From: Nitrospinaceae bacterium
GTDB lineage: Bacteria > Nitrospinota > Nitrospinia > Nitrospinales > VA-1
Assembly: GCA_029261435.1 (NCBI GenBank)
Contig: JAJDBI010000112.1
Location: 1-34,930 of the forward strand
DNA: 34,930 nt
Direction of reading: 5' to 3'
Both the position numbers and the translations under genes were made by a program. This document shows, piece by piece, positions 24,445 through 34,929 of this stretch. The notes beneath the pieces were generated by a model, which was given only the letters and a program-made list of their open reading frames with translations, had not been told where the DNA came from and searched no databases. Within the stretch, counting starts at the first letter, position 1. Each line of letters opens with the position of its first letter.

Positions 24445-24915
24445 ATGAACCCAAAAGACGAAATCCAGAAACTCATCCAAGCCGAAATGAAAAAGTGGGA
24501 GGACTACGAAGATAAGAATGATAAATTACGGATTCATCAAGCAGATAACTTCAAATTCATTTGTGCTCTCCTGAATGACCTTGTCGCATCGATCGAACCA
24601 GAATATACCAAGACAAATATTCTGGATGGCCATGCAACATTAAAGGTTGGCAATGATATAGACCGTTCGAGCTTTATCAGTTGGACCATCCAACCGAACT
24701 TTATAACACTGGAGAGTAAGGAAGAGTACTGGAACACCAATCTTTGGCAAGACAAAGTAAATATAGAGGCGGAACCCGGTTTTAAAGTACAGGAGAAGCG
24801 AGGTGATGACGTAGAAACGAACTCTGAGTTTGGGACAGAAAATGATTTAATTAATTATCTCGCTCAAGAAATCGCCAAGAGAGTCGCTTTTTACCGTTAC
24901 AGAAAAAACGTTTAG
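24445..24915 (+). CDS. hypothetical protein
   Basis: 156-aa ORF with purine-rich RBS and protein-like composition; no motif recognised. Confidence 0.65.
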   Translation: MNPKDEIQKLIQAEMKKWEDYEDKNDKLRIHQADNFKFICALLNDLVASIEPEYTKTNILDGHATLKVGNDIDRSSFISWTIQPNFITLESKEEYWNTNLWQDKVNIEAEPGFKVQEKRGDDVETNSEFGTENDLINYLAQEIAKRVAFYRYRKNV

Positions 24916-24995
24916 GATAGGCTCGTTTTCCCCAGGAGAATTAATAATGCCTAATAAATTAATGGAACAGACCACTACCAAACTGTAGATTTTTC

Positions 24996-25118
24996 TGATT
25001 AGTTATCAGTCGGCTTTTTGAAGGGGTTACTAAATACTTTATCAATTGACTTAGAATGCTGTGAGAGGCTGGCGAACTTCAAATATTCAATGTCCGCTTT
25101 GGGTCGTTTGGAGACATT
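24996..25118 (+). repeat. right degenerate direct repeat of the accessory block
   Basis: TGATTAGTTATCAGT, GCGAACTTCAA and AATGTCCGCTTTGGGTCGTTTGGAGACATT. Confidence 0.7.
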
Positions 25119-25166
25119 AAGATTTTTGTAATTTGTGCCACAACGTTCGCCGAGAGGATCTAATGA

Positions 25167-26234
25167 TTAGTTTCCAGCAGTCCATTGCATGAGCGATTCA
25201 TAAGCTTTTCCGGATTCAAGGAGGGCAAGGGCTCGGTCAAACCCTTCCTGAGAGGTGTTGAACACCCCGCAAAGGTGAGTCAATGTCCCTGCCTGACTGG
25301 CTATTTGCAGGCTTGCCGGCCCCTTTCCCGTTTTTAATGCGTTTTCTCCAAGTTTCACTATTGTTTCGAGATTGGATGTTATCGGCTTTAATTCTTCGTG
25401 GGCTTCGGCAATACGTTGTGCTGTTTCTTCGTTGTACAGGTTTTTGAGGGAAAGGTTTTTTTGTTCAGTTTCTTCAGAGCTATTCTGGATAAATACTTTT
25501 GCTTCTTTGTGTACACCGAACAAAGTGGTGCCCTCCATACCATTTCCGACGATAACTTTATCGAACTGGCTGAGTTTTCCGATTTCGGTGAGTGCTGTTT
25601 CGTAGCCGCGATGGAAGTAGGTGGTGGCGAGAATATTTTTCCGAGCTTTGACGGGCATTAGAATTTTTTCCAAAGTGGCGAGCATTGGGCGTTTAACGAT
25701 TTCAGTCCGTAAAGGTCTTAGCGCTTCTAATTGTGGCAGGGTGTCGGCGGTGCTGAGATAACCGAACTGATGTTTTTCCAGCAACGCCAGACGTTGTTTT
25801 CCTTCTGCCACTTTATAATGGTTCTGCAAAATGTCTTCGAAGGTGATGCCGAATTTTGGTGGTAACGGTAATGCCGAATGACCGTAAACAGGGAGGCCAA
25901 GTTGGGCAATCACCGGGATGGCGTAAAACCCGAAATAGGGGATGCGTTGGAATCCGTCAAAAGGATCGGCAATTTGCAGGAGTTGATCAAAGTCAACCGA
26001 TGCTGGAACAACGTGGTTTTGCAAGGCTCGCCAATAGCCGATATTTTCGGGCAGGGTTTCCAGTTTCATACGTGCGGCAATGAGAAAGACTCCAGCGCGG
26101 ACTTTTGAAACCTCATCATCGAGAATCAGGTTCAGGGCATCTTCGGCTTCTGCTGCGGTTAAGTCTTTACTCAAACGGGGACCCGCCGCAATTTTTTGCA
26201 GATAGTCTTTCATTCTGGCTTCCGGGTCCAGCAT
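25167..26234 (-). CDS. anthranilate phosphoribosyltransferase-like protein (YbiB/TrpD2, glycosyltransferase family 3)
   Basis: KIAAGPRLSKDLT..EA, GVFLIAARMKLET, PPKFG and RPMLATLEK motifs; start at 26213 or 26234. Confidence 0.8.
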   Translation of the reverse strand: MLDPEARMKDYLQKIAAGPRLSKDLTAAEAEDALNLILDDEVSKVRAGVFLIAARMKLETLPENIGYWRALQNHVVPASVDFDQLLQIADPFDGFQRIPYFGFYAIPVIAQLGLPVYGHSALPLPPKFGITFEDILQNHYKVAEGKQRLALLEKHQFGYLSTADTLPQLEALRPLRTEIVKRPMLATLEKILMPVKARKNILATTYFHRGYETALTEIGKLSQFDKVIVGNGMEGTTLFGVHKEAKVFIQNSSEETEQKNLSLKNLYNEETAQRIAEAHEELKPITSNLETIVKLGENALKTGKGPASLQIASQAGTLTHLCGVFNTSQEGFDRALALLESGKAYESLMQWTAGN

Positions 26235-26323
26235 TTATTGAGGTTTCCTTTCTCAGTGCCATTATTTAGAGTATGATGATAACTCTTAATTAATAACTAA
26301 AAGTAATTTTTTTTTCGGTATTT

Positions 26324-28027
26324 ATGCAGGTTTCTCATTCAGCCGAATCGGCCCTCGACTCGACTATTTCACGCAATGATTTGCAGGTGCTTCTGGTTTA
26401 CCCCAACACTCGGGATGTGGCTATGGCCAACCTGGGTTTCCAGCAGGTTTATTCTCTATTGAACAAAATTGAAGGAGTGGTTTGTGACCGTTTTGCCATG
26501 CCCGTTGGGTGGAAGCCGGAAACGCAATCGTTGGAACGCGAAGAATTGCGTTCGATGGATCTACAGATGCACCCGCTTGAGTTCGATGTTATCGCGTTTT
26601 CAATTTCGTTTGAACCGGATTACCTGAACACGGTGCTGGCCCTGAAATACTTTGGTATTCCGCTGGATCGCAAGGGGAGAGACGCTTCTTTTCCGATGAT
26701 AACAGCAGGGGGATCGGCGATATTCATCAATCCTGAACCGTTGGCAGAGTGTATGGATGTTCTGTACATTGGTGAAGGCGAAGGCATGGCCGAAGACTTT
26801 TTTAGCTTGTTGCGCGAAAACGAAGATCGGGATCAATTTTTTGAACGCGCAGTTTCCATTCCCGGAATTTATTTGCCGCAGCATTATCGTCCTCGGATGG
26901 AGCAGGGCCTGCAAGTAGGCGTTTTACCTTTAGAGAGTGCCCCTGCCCGTGTGGTACGGCATTGGGTAGTGAAGGAGGAATCACTTTGCACACACTCGGT
27001 TCTGCATGATGAAGACTCTACTTTCAAAGATATGGCATTGATGGAGGTTACAAGAGGGTGCATTTGGGCCTGCCGGTTTTGCACGGCAGGTTTTATATAC
27101 CGTCCTCCTCGTTTGCCCGATCTCGAAAAAACATATAATTCTATGGATACCCTGCTCACCGGCCTTGGTAAATCAGCGCAGACCATCGGTCTGGTCGGGC
27201 CATCAGTGACCGATCACCCGGACTTGCCAGCGTTAGCCCGGAAAATTACCGAACAGGGTAAGAAACTTTCGTTCTCTTCTTTGCGGATGGAAACGCTCAC
27301 CGATGAGTTGGTGGATCTGATTCTGCAAAGTGGTCAGAAAACTCTGACGGTGGCTGTGGATGCTCCTTCTGAAAAAATGCGCGATGTCATTAATAAGGCC
27401 GCAACCGATGACTACATCGTTGAGAAGTGTCGGTTCCTCACCCGCAAAGGCATTCTTCATTTAAAAATCTATTCCATTATTGGACTGCCTTTAGAAACGG
27501 AAGATGATATTGACCAATTCATTCGGCTTGTTGAGAGGGTGCAGGAAGGTTATGTCGAGGAGTGCCGGAAGCTTGGGCGTATTGGCCAGTTGACGATTGG
27601 CCTGAGTCCGTTAGTGCCCAAACCCGGAACACCGTTTCAATGGCACCCGATGGAATCGGTGAAGAGCTTAAAGAAAAAGTTTGCCCGGGTGAGAAAGGCT
27701 CTGGGGAAAATACCGTATCTTAAAATGAGTTTTGGTTCTCCCAACGAAGCCTACCTGCAAACATATTTGTCGCGGGGAGATCGGAATACGCAGGAATTTT
27801 TCAAAACTTATTTGAATAACGGTCATGATGCCAAGAGCGCGTTGAAAGAGCATCCCGTTGATGAGTATGTTTACCGGCAATATGAAAAGAATGATTACCT
27901 TCCCTGGGATATTGTGGATCACGGTTACCGTGAGAACTTCCTTTGGGAAGATTATCAACGCGGATTAAAAGCCGCACACACTCCCGTATGTGATACGGCT
28001 ATCTGTCACATCTGCGGCCTCTGCTAA
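26324..28027 (+). CDS. radical SAM protein (B12-binding-like N-terminus, TIGR03960-like)
   Basis: LVYPN..VAMANLGFQ, EVTRGCIWACRFC (CxxxCxxC), VPKPGTPFQW, LPWD and terminal C...C..CG.C. Confidence 0.9.
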   Translation: MQVSHSAESALDSTISRNDLQVLLVYPNTRDVAMANLGFQQVYSLLNKIEGVVCDRFAMPVGWKPETQSLEREELRSMDLQMHPLEFDVIAFSISFEPDYLNTVLALKYFGIPLDRKGRDASFPMITAGGSAIFINPEPLAECMDVLYIGEGEGMAEDFFSLLRENEDRDQFFERAVSIPGIYLPQHYRPRMEQGLQVGVLPLESAPARVVRHWVVKEESLCTHSVLHDEDSTFKDMALMEVTRGCIWACRFCTAGFIYRPPRLPDLEKTYNSMDTLLTGLGKSAQTIGLVGPSVTDHPDLPALARKITEQGKKLSFSSLRMETLTDELVDLILQSGQKTLTVAVDAPSEKMRDVINKAATDDYIVEKCRFLTRKGILHLKIYSIIGLPLETEDDIDQFIRLVERVQEGYVEECRKLGRIGQLTIGLSPLVPKPGTPFQWHPMESVKSLKKKFARVRKALGKIPYLKMSFGSPNEAYLQTYLSRGDRNTQEFFKTYLNNGHDAKSALKEHPVDEYVYRQYEKNDYLPWDIVDHGYRENFLWEDYQRGLKAAHTPVCDTAICHICGLC

Positions 28028-28030
28028 CCT

Positions 28031-28095
28031 CCACTCGGCGTGGGGCCTGCTGTAATGGCTTTTCCTGGCTAGCAAAAGTTTTTCTCGGCTCAAAG
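28031..28095 (+). repeat. dispersed intergenic repeat, copy B
   Basis: Matches copy A (6988-7053, minus strand) in its 5' half and 10621-10655 in its 3' half. Confidence 0.75.
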
Positions 28096-28097
28096 AA

Positions 28098-28976
28098 TTA
28101 ATGCTGTATTCCTCTCTGTTTAAAAACTTTCCAAGTTAGTAGACCTAAGCTGTATACGTTCATGAAAGTGACCAGTAGGATCATGAATAATTCCAGTTGA
28201 TTCAGTAGAGAAAAAAATACCAGCATCACGTTGTTGGTGCATAAGCATAAGGGGCTGACCCAGGCCAGAAATTTTTTGTCAGAGTACCAGTTCTGCAAAG
28301 CCTCTTCGGTGTCGGGGACCCGTGCAAGTCTTCTGCACATAGCATCCAGCTGTTCCACGGCTTTATCCTGCCAAACGTATGCCCAGACAAACAGCGTTTG
28401 CAGTCTCAGGTCCCAGGGGTCTGTCTGGCCTTCTTCTACTTTGCGCTTATCTTCTTCGGTTACGCTTTCGTCCACTCGGTTTTTTTCGTAGGAACCTACA
28501 CGGGATGTGTAATTGACAAGATAAAAAACAAAAAACGTGCTTTGCATGAAGCAGACCAGTAGTCCAAGCAGTCCCAGAACCCAGTACTCCTGCATTCCTG
28601 TTGTCCGAACCAGATACACCGTTACAGCAATATAAACCAGAACGGTGACGAGGAAATCAGCCAGCGAGTCGAGAAACCTGCCGAAACGTGATGTCGTGCC
28701 CCGCACGCGGGCAAGGTTGCCATCGACATTGTCGAGAAATACTTTTCCATAAAGAAAGATTGCTCCCCACACCAGAGCGTCAGGAATTCCGGAAACATAA
28801 AGTCCGGCTGAAGCCAAACCAAAAACCAGTGAAAGAAAAGTGATCTGGTTTGGCGTGACCGATGTGGGATACAACAGGCGAACGACCCAACGGTTCATGA
28901 AATACCAGATCTCGTTCACATCAAAAAACCGCTCCCCGGCTGGAAGCTTATTCATCTTTTCAATATCAAAATCCAT
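28098..28976 (-). CDS. CDP-alcohol phosphatidyltransferase family protein
   Basis: TPNQIT and DNVDGNLAR...SRFGRFLDSLAD signature; start uncertain (28955-29003). Confidence 0.92.
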   Translation of the reverse strand: MDFDIEKMNKLPAGERFFDVNEIWYFMNRWVVRLLYPTSVTPNQITFLSLVFGLASAGLYVSGIPDALVWGAIFLYGKVFLDNVDGNLARVRGTTSRFGRFLDSLADFLVTVLVYIAVTVYLVRTTGMQEYWVLGLLGLLVCFMQSTFFVFYLVNYTSRVGSYEKNRVDESVTEEDKRKVEEGQTDPWDLRLQTLFVWAYVWQDKAVEQLDAMCRRLARVPDTEEALQNWYSDKKFLAWVSPLCLCTNNVMLVFFSLLNQLELFMILLVTFMNVYSLGLLTWKVFKQRGIQH

Positions 28977-29182
28977 TGCGAAAGAATAGCACAAGAGATA
29001 CATGGTGTTCCTCTATGTAAATCAACATCAAAAATACTCCTCTCAAAATCCACTGAGAAATCGCATGGTATTTTCTCCTGATCCAGCCTTAGAGATATGT
29101 TGCTTGCATTAAGTTTATGGTCATGTCAATAAATCCCCAGTCGAATAATATTCAATTCTAATATTTAGAGGAGGGTTTAAGC

Positions 29183-30673
29183 ATGAAAAAGCAATTGGCA
29201 TTTTTCACGGTATTCAGTTTTTTGTTGGTTTCTACAGGAGTGGGGGCGCAGACCATTGTGTTGGATGGCGTGCCTATAGGGCTTACCAATCCCAAAGAAG
29301 GACATTTCACCAACCTCGAAGCGACCACTCAAATCACACTGGGAGCAGAGACCATCACAAACTTCAGTGGACTAGACGATGACAAGGTTAAAGTTTCTTC
29401 TGGAGACACTGCCGATTTTCTGGAAACCCAGATTGTGGGTGGAACAGGAGTCACAGTAAACTCTGACGGAAGTCAGATCACCATCTCCGCGCCACCTGCG
29501 AATGTGGAAGACAGTACTGATGGAGTGGAAGTCACTTTTGCGGGATTGGGTGAATACGATCCGGGTACAGGAGTTGTACCGGCATTGGATTTGAACGGTA
29601 CGAATCTGGTGGTCAATCAAGCTAATCCCACTGTGACAGTGGGAGGAATTTCTTCGACGGTGCTTGCCAGCTCCGATAACCCGCAGCAGGTCATCGTGCG
29701 TGTTCCTCAAGGTTTGAGCACTGGCAACTATAAGTTGAAAGTGAAAAATGCCAATGGTTTTTCGGAAGGTCTCATTCCACTCAACCAGACTTTCTTTGAT
29801 GGAAGCGCTTGGAATGAAGCGACTGCATCTGCCGACTGGTCAGCTCGCATTTATCACCGTTCGGTGATTTATGACAATAAAATGTGGGTCATGGGAGGAA
29901 CTGATGGAGTTGATAAAAATGATGTCTGGTATTCCAGTGATGGCATCACCTGGACCTTGGCCACTGCCAATGCGGCCTGGTCTGCACGTACAAACCCCAC
30001 TTTACTGGTCTACAATAATAAAATGTGGGTCATCGGTGGATATGATGGAGTTAATAAAAACGATGTCTGGTCCAGTACGGATGGAATTACCTGGACTCAA
30101 GCTACCGGCTCTGCCGGTTGGTCGGCCCGTAGTATCCATACTTCGGTGGTTTTTGATGATGGAAGTGGAGAAAAAATGTGGGTCCTTGGTGGGTTAGGTA
30201 GCTCCAACAAGAATGATGTTTGGTCTTCTACGGATGGTGTTGCCTGGACCCAGACCACAGCCTCCGCTTCATGGTCGGTTCGCATTTTCCACAGCTCAGT
30301 GGTCTATGACAACAAAATGTGGGTCATCGGTGGAACCAACAATGGCTCCCATAAAGGCGATGTCTGGTATTCCAGCGATGGCATCTCCTGGGCTGAAGCC
30401 ACAGCCAATGCGCCCTGGGTTACTCGCTATGGTCACTCCTTGCTGGTCTACAATAATAAAATGTGGATCTTCGGTGGACATGATGGTGTCAGAAAGAATG
30501 ATGTCTGGTCTAGCACCGATGGAATCACTTGGGTTCAAGCCACTGCAGGTGCGGCTTGGGTTGCTCGCCTAAACCACACTTCGCTGGTCTTCAACAAAAA
30601 AATCTGGGTCATCGGCGGTAGTATTTCCAGCGGCGGTGGTTATGATAATGATGTCTGGCACACTTCCAACTAG
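29183..30673 (+). CDS. secreted protein with Ig/IPT-like domain and Kelch-like six-bladed beta-propeller
   Basis: GGAGG RBS, signal peptide, and six ~47-aa repeats WSAR..H...VYDNKMWV.GG.....NDVW.S.DG..W. Confidence 0.85.
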   Translation: MKKQLAFFTVFSFLLVSTGVGAQTIVLDGVPIGLTNPKEGHFTNLEATTQITLGAETITNFSGLDDDKVKVSSGDTADFLETQIVGGTGVTVNSDGSQITISAPPANVEDSTDGVEVTFAGLGEYDPGTGVVPALDLNGTNLVVNQANPTVTVGGISSTVLASSDNPQQVIVRVPQGLSTGNYKLKVKNANGFSEGLIPLNQTFFDGSAWNEATASADWSARIYHRSVIYDNKMWVMGGTDGVDKNDVWYSSDGITWTLATANAAWSARTNPTLLVYNNKMWVIGGYDGVNKNDVWSSTDGITWTQATGSAGWSARSIHTSVVFDDGSGEKMWVLGGLGSSNKNDVWSSTDGVAWTQTTASASWSVRIFHSSVVYDNKMWVIGGTNNGSHKGDVWYSSDGISWAEATANAPWVTRYGHSLLVYNNKMWIFGGHDGVRKNDVWSSTDGITWVQATAGAAWVARLNHTSLVFNKKIWVIGGSISSGGGYDNDVWHTSN

Positions 30674-30700
30674 CGGTCAGGCGAATGCCCATAGCAGTAT

Positions 30701-30735
30701 AGAGGGGGATGCCTGCAGGCATCCCTTTCTTATTT
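30701..30735. terminator. probable bidirectional terminator
   Basis: Perfect 20-bp palindrome GGGATGCCTGCAGGCATCCC (30706-30725) followed by TTTCTTATTT, between convergent genes. Confidence 0.75.
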
Positions 30736-30741
30736 GGCAAT

Positions 30742-31854
<1,113 letters not shown>

Positions 31855-32115
31855 AAGCCTTAAGCTCCTGAAGAAAAATACCGTTAAAAACATAATAGAA
31901 AAGGTACCTCCGAGTTTGGCTCGAGGCTGAAAGAGGTTATCAGAGAGACAGACTGAATACAATCCGGGTCGTCTGGTTTTGCATAGAAAGAGAAGGTATA
32001 CTGAACTTGGTCGACTCAAAGGATTGATTAAACCATTTTACCTTCTTGTCGGATTCCACAAGGCAACTTCCTTTATTGTGAGAACCTAAACCTTATATTT
32101 TGAAATTCACAATCC

Positions 32116-32964
32116 ATGCGTATTGGCGTGACCGGAGCAAAGGGTTTTATAGGAACGCATCTGCACTCTGCGTTAAAGGAGCAGGGAGCGGTGGTCACTC
32201 TTCCACGTCGGAAGGGACTTTCTGGAAAGCAGGAGCTCAAACGGTTTGTTGCGGATACCGATCTTTTTTTCCACTTGGGAGGGGTCAATCGAGACACTGA
32301 TGAGGAGATCATCAATGGGAATATCATTGGCACTGCACAATTGTTGGAATCCATTTTAAATGATGGTAAACCTTCTGCTCGGCTTGTTTTTGCATCCTCG
32401 TCACAGGTCTATACCCTGGCGAATAGCAAATCGCCCATTCGCGAAACAGGGAAGGCTAACCCCGAGACAGTTTATGGAGTGAGTAAGCAGTCTGCGGAAA
32501 ACCTTATAAGAAATTCCGGGATTCCATTTGTGATATTGAGAATGTCAAATGTTTACGGACCAGGGTGCAGGCCGAATTATAATTCTGTTGTGGCAACATT
32601 GTGTCACCGGGCGATAAAGGGTTTGCCCTTGGTGATCAACGGAGACGGTCAACAATGCAGGGATTTTATTTATGTCGAAGATGTGGTGCGGGCATTCATG
32701 CTTGCCGGGTTTGAATCTGTGAAAGGTTCGGCGAAGATATTTAACGTGAGCTCCGGGAGGATGATTTCTCTGAAGCAAATCGTGAAGCAGATTTGCAGAT
32801 TCCACAAAAACACAAAGGTCGAGTTTTTAATGGATAAAAAGAATTCAGAAACTTCCTATAGTTGCGATTCTTCAAAGTTTTCCAGAAAATATGGATGGCA
32901 GCCCTGGGTTTCTTTGGCAAAAGGGATAGAGCAGACGCTGTCCTATTTCCGAGGGAGAAAGTGA
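32116..32964 (+). CDS. NAD-dependent epimerase/reductase, CapF/WbjC (FnlB) N-terminal-like
   Basis: VTGAKGFIG, HLGGVNR, YGVSK and NVYGPGCRPNYNSVVATLC. Confidence 0.88.
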   Translation: MRIGVTGAKGFIGTHLHSALKEQGAVVTLPRRKGLSGKQELKRFVADTDLFFHLGGVNRDTDEEIINGNIIGTAQLLESILNDGKPSARLVFASSSQVYTLANSKSPIRETGKANPETVYGVSKQSAENLIRNSGIPFVILRMSNVYGPGCRPNYNSVVATLCHRAIKGLPLVINGDGQQCRDFIYVEDVVRAFMLAGFESVKGSAKIFNVSSGRMISLKQIVKQICRFHKNTKVEFLMDKKNSETSYSCDSSKFSRKYGWQPWVSLAKGIEQTLSYFRGRK

Positions 32965-32966
32965 AT

Positions 32967-33371
32967 ATGAGACATTATGAAATTCAGGATTTGGACAAGA
33001 AGTCAGATGAGAGAGGATGGCTGATAGAGGTTCTGGGAGGTGAACTGCCGGAAGGATGCAAAGAGTTCGGTCAGCTACATGTGTCGGTGGCCTATCCGGG
33101 GAAAGTGAGGGGAAACCATTACCATACAAGGAAGGTGGAATGGTTTTGTGTTCCGACTGGAACGGGTCAACTATTGCTTAAAGACCGGGAAACCGGAGAA
33201 GTACAAGAAGTAATGATGGGTGTGAACGATCTGAAGACCATCAGAATAGACCCCGGAACCATTCATGCCATCAAGAATGTTGGCGAAGGAGATATGGTTT
33301 TACTGGTGTATGCCAATGAGAAATTTGATCCGGAAGACCCTGATACATATTATGAAAAGATTTTGGAGTGA
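32967..33371 (+). CDS. cupin sugar epimerase, CapF C-terminal / WxcM-like
   Basis: DERGWL.E, PGKVRGNHYH..KVEWF, HAIKNVG and NEKFDPEDPDTY; ATG 2 nt after the upstream stop. Confidence 0.88.
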   Translation: MRHYEIQDLDKKSDERGWLIEVLGGELPEGCKEFGQLHVSVAYPGKVRGNHYHTRKVEWFCVPTGTGQLLLKDRETGEVQEVMMGVNDLKTIRIDPGTIHAIKNVGEGDMVLLVYANEKFDPEDPDTYYEKILE

Positions 33372-33455
33372 TTCATAACGACTGCCATTATTTTTCTGAA
33401 AAAATGAGATTGTGATTTTTCTCCCTTTGTTTCTCGACGCAGATAGAATTTTTTG

Positions 33456-34493
33456 ATGAAAAAAGTTTCCGCAATTGTTGTGAACTGGAACGGCAAGGAC
33501 ATCCTGTCCGAATGCCTTCAATCCTTATTGAAACAGGAATATGAGAACCTGGAAATCTGGGTCAGTGATAATGGCTCTGAGGATGGTTCGCAGGCGATGA
33601 TGAAGGAACTTTATCCTTCAGTGCACTTATTGGAAAACGGCCAGAACCTGGGGTTTGGTTCAGCTGTAAACCGAGCTTTAAAAAAAGCGCAAGGAGATTA
33701 CTTTCTGTTTTTAAATAATGATCTTGAGCTGAAGTCCGATTGTGTTGGGCAGCTTGTGGATTTGTTGGAGTCTGACAATGAAATTGGAGCCGCAATTCCA
33801 AAAATTCTTTATCACCGGGATGCTCAGGAATATTCGCCGAATGATTCAACGGTGATCAACTCATTCGGGGTTGTGGTGAATTATACGGGAGTGTCATACC
33901 CGAATTTGATAGGTCAGCAGGATATGAAAGATTTGCCTTTGACCGAAACTGCGTGTGGTGGAATCTTCATGTTCAGCCGGGAAGTGTATGAGCAGGTAGG
34001 TGGATTCGATGAGGACTTGTTTCTATATCATGAGGATCATGATTTGTCCTGGAGAATCAGGCTGGGAGGGTGGAAGTTGATGGTGACACCCAAGTCCGTT
34101 TGTACACATCACTACGATTTTAACAAAGGCGTGCAAAAGTTTTATCGGTCTGAAAAGAACCGGCTCCATATACTTCTCAAGAATATGGAATGTAAAACTC
34201 TTCTTATGATTTTCCCTGCTCTGATTTTTGTAGAGCTAGCCCAGATTGTTCATGCATTGATGCATGGTTGGTTGGGACTCAAAGTAAAAAGCTATTTTGA
34301 AATTCTTGGGCAATTTGCTCAGATTGCCAGAAAACGCCGGCAAATCAGGTCTTTCAGAACAGTAAGTGATAAAGAGATTACCCGGTTATACCGAGGCACG
34401 ATTGCTGTGAGCGGGATGAAAAACCCGTTAATGGACTATGTACTGAGCCCTCTGCTCAGTGCTTACTGGAAGCTCATTCGAGGTTGGATTTAG
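33456..34493 (+). CDS. GT2 family glycosyltransferase
   Basis: IVVNWNG, DNGSEDGS, NLGFGSAVN, FLNND and GGFDEDLFLYHEDHDLSWR. Confidence 0.93.
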   Translation: MKKVSAIVVNWNGKDILSECLQSLLKQEYENLEIWVSDNGSEDGSQAMMKELYPSVHLLENGQNLGFGSAVNRALKKAQGDYFLFLNNDLELKSDCVGQLVDLLESDNEIGAAIPKILYHRDAQEYSPNDSTVINSFGVVVNYTGVSYPNLIGQQDMKDLPLTETACGGIFMFSREVYEQVGGFDEDLFLYHEDHDLSWRIRLGGWKLMVTPKSVCTHHYDFNKGVQKFYRSEKNRLHILLKNMECKTLLMIFPALIFVELAQIVHALMHGWLGLKVKSYFEILGQFAQIARKRRQIRSFRTVSDKEITRLYRGTIAVSGMKNPLMDYVLSPLLSAYWKLIRGWI

Positions 34494-34929
34494 GGTCTTG
34501 AATAAAGAGTTTTTCGATTTGTTGTCTTCTAAAGATAAAGATTTTCTCAAGATCTTTTTTGACATAGGCGTGAGCTAGAAAATCTCCCGGCACCCATCCT
34601 GGAAGTTTGTAAGCCACATTGTCTCGAATAACTGTGCCTCCCTTAGATTCGTAAAACTCATGGATATGATGCCAGAAAGTATAAGGCCCTCGAGTTTGCA
34701 GATCTGAAAATCGTTTGTCGGGAACCCAGCCTTTAATTTGGGATTGCCATCGCAGAGGAACACTGTGCAGTTTTAACCGGTAGTCCACGACGGTTCCTTC
34801 CTGGGCCTTAGGGTGAGAGACTTTCACAATTTTAAAATGCAGAAAACCGGGAGTCAGGAGTTCTAAATTTTTTGGATCGGAAAAAAACTCAAAAACCTTA
34901 TCAATAGGTTGTGGCACCCATTGCTCGGT
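34474..34929 (-). CDS. SRPBCC (START-like) domain protein, 5' partial
   Basis: EQWVPQPIDKVFEFFSDPKNLELLTP, F.D.Q..GPY..W.H.H.F; the frame is open to the window edge; 3' end overlaps the GT2 gene by 20 bp. Confidence 0.88.
   Translation of the reverse strand, partial: TEQWVPQPIDKVFEFFSDPKNLELLTPGFLHFKIVKVSHPKAQEGTVVDYRLKLHSVPLRWQSQIKGWVPDKRFSDLQTRGPYTFWHHIHEFYESKGGTVIRDNVAYKLPGWVPGDFLAHAYVKKDLEKIFIFRRQQIEKLFIQDPKSNLE

Noticed and set aside
29800-30670. Regular DNA repeats as a CRISPR array
   Set aside because: The repeats are in-frame coding units of about 141 bp with no repeat-spacer structure, and there are no cas genes.
31855-32019. N-terminal extension of the lipocalin-like ORF to 32019
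   Set aside because: A clean signal peptide starts at ATG 31854; the extension begins with TTG and looks non-coding.
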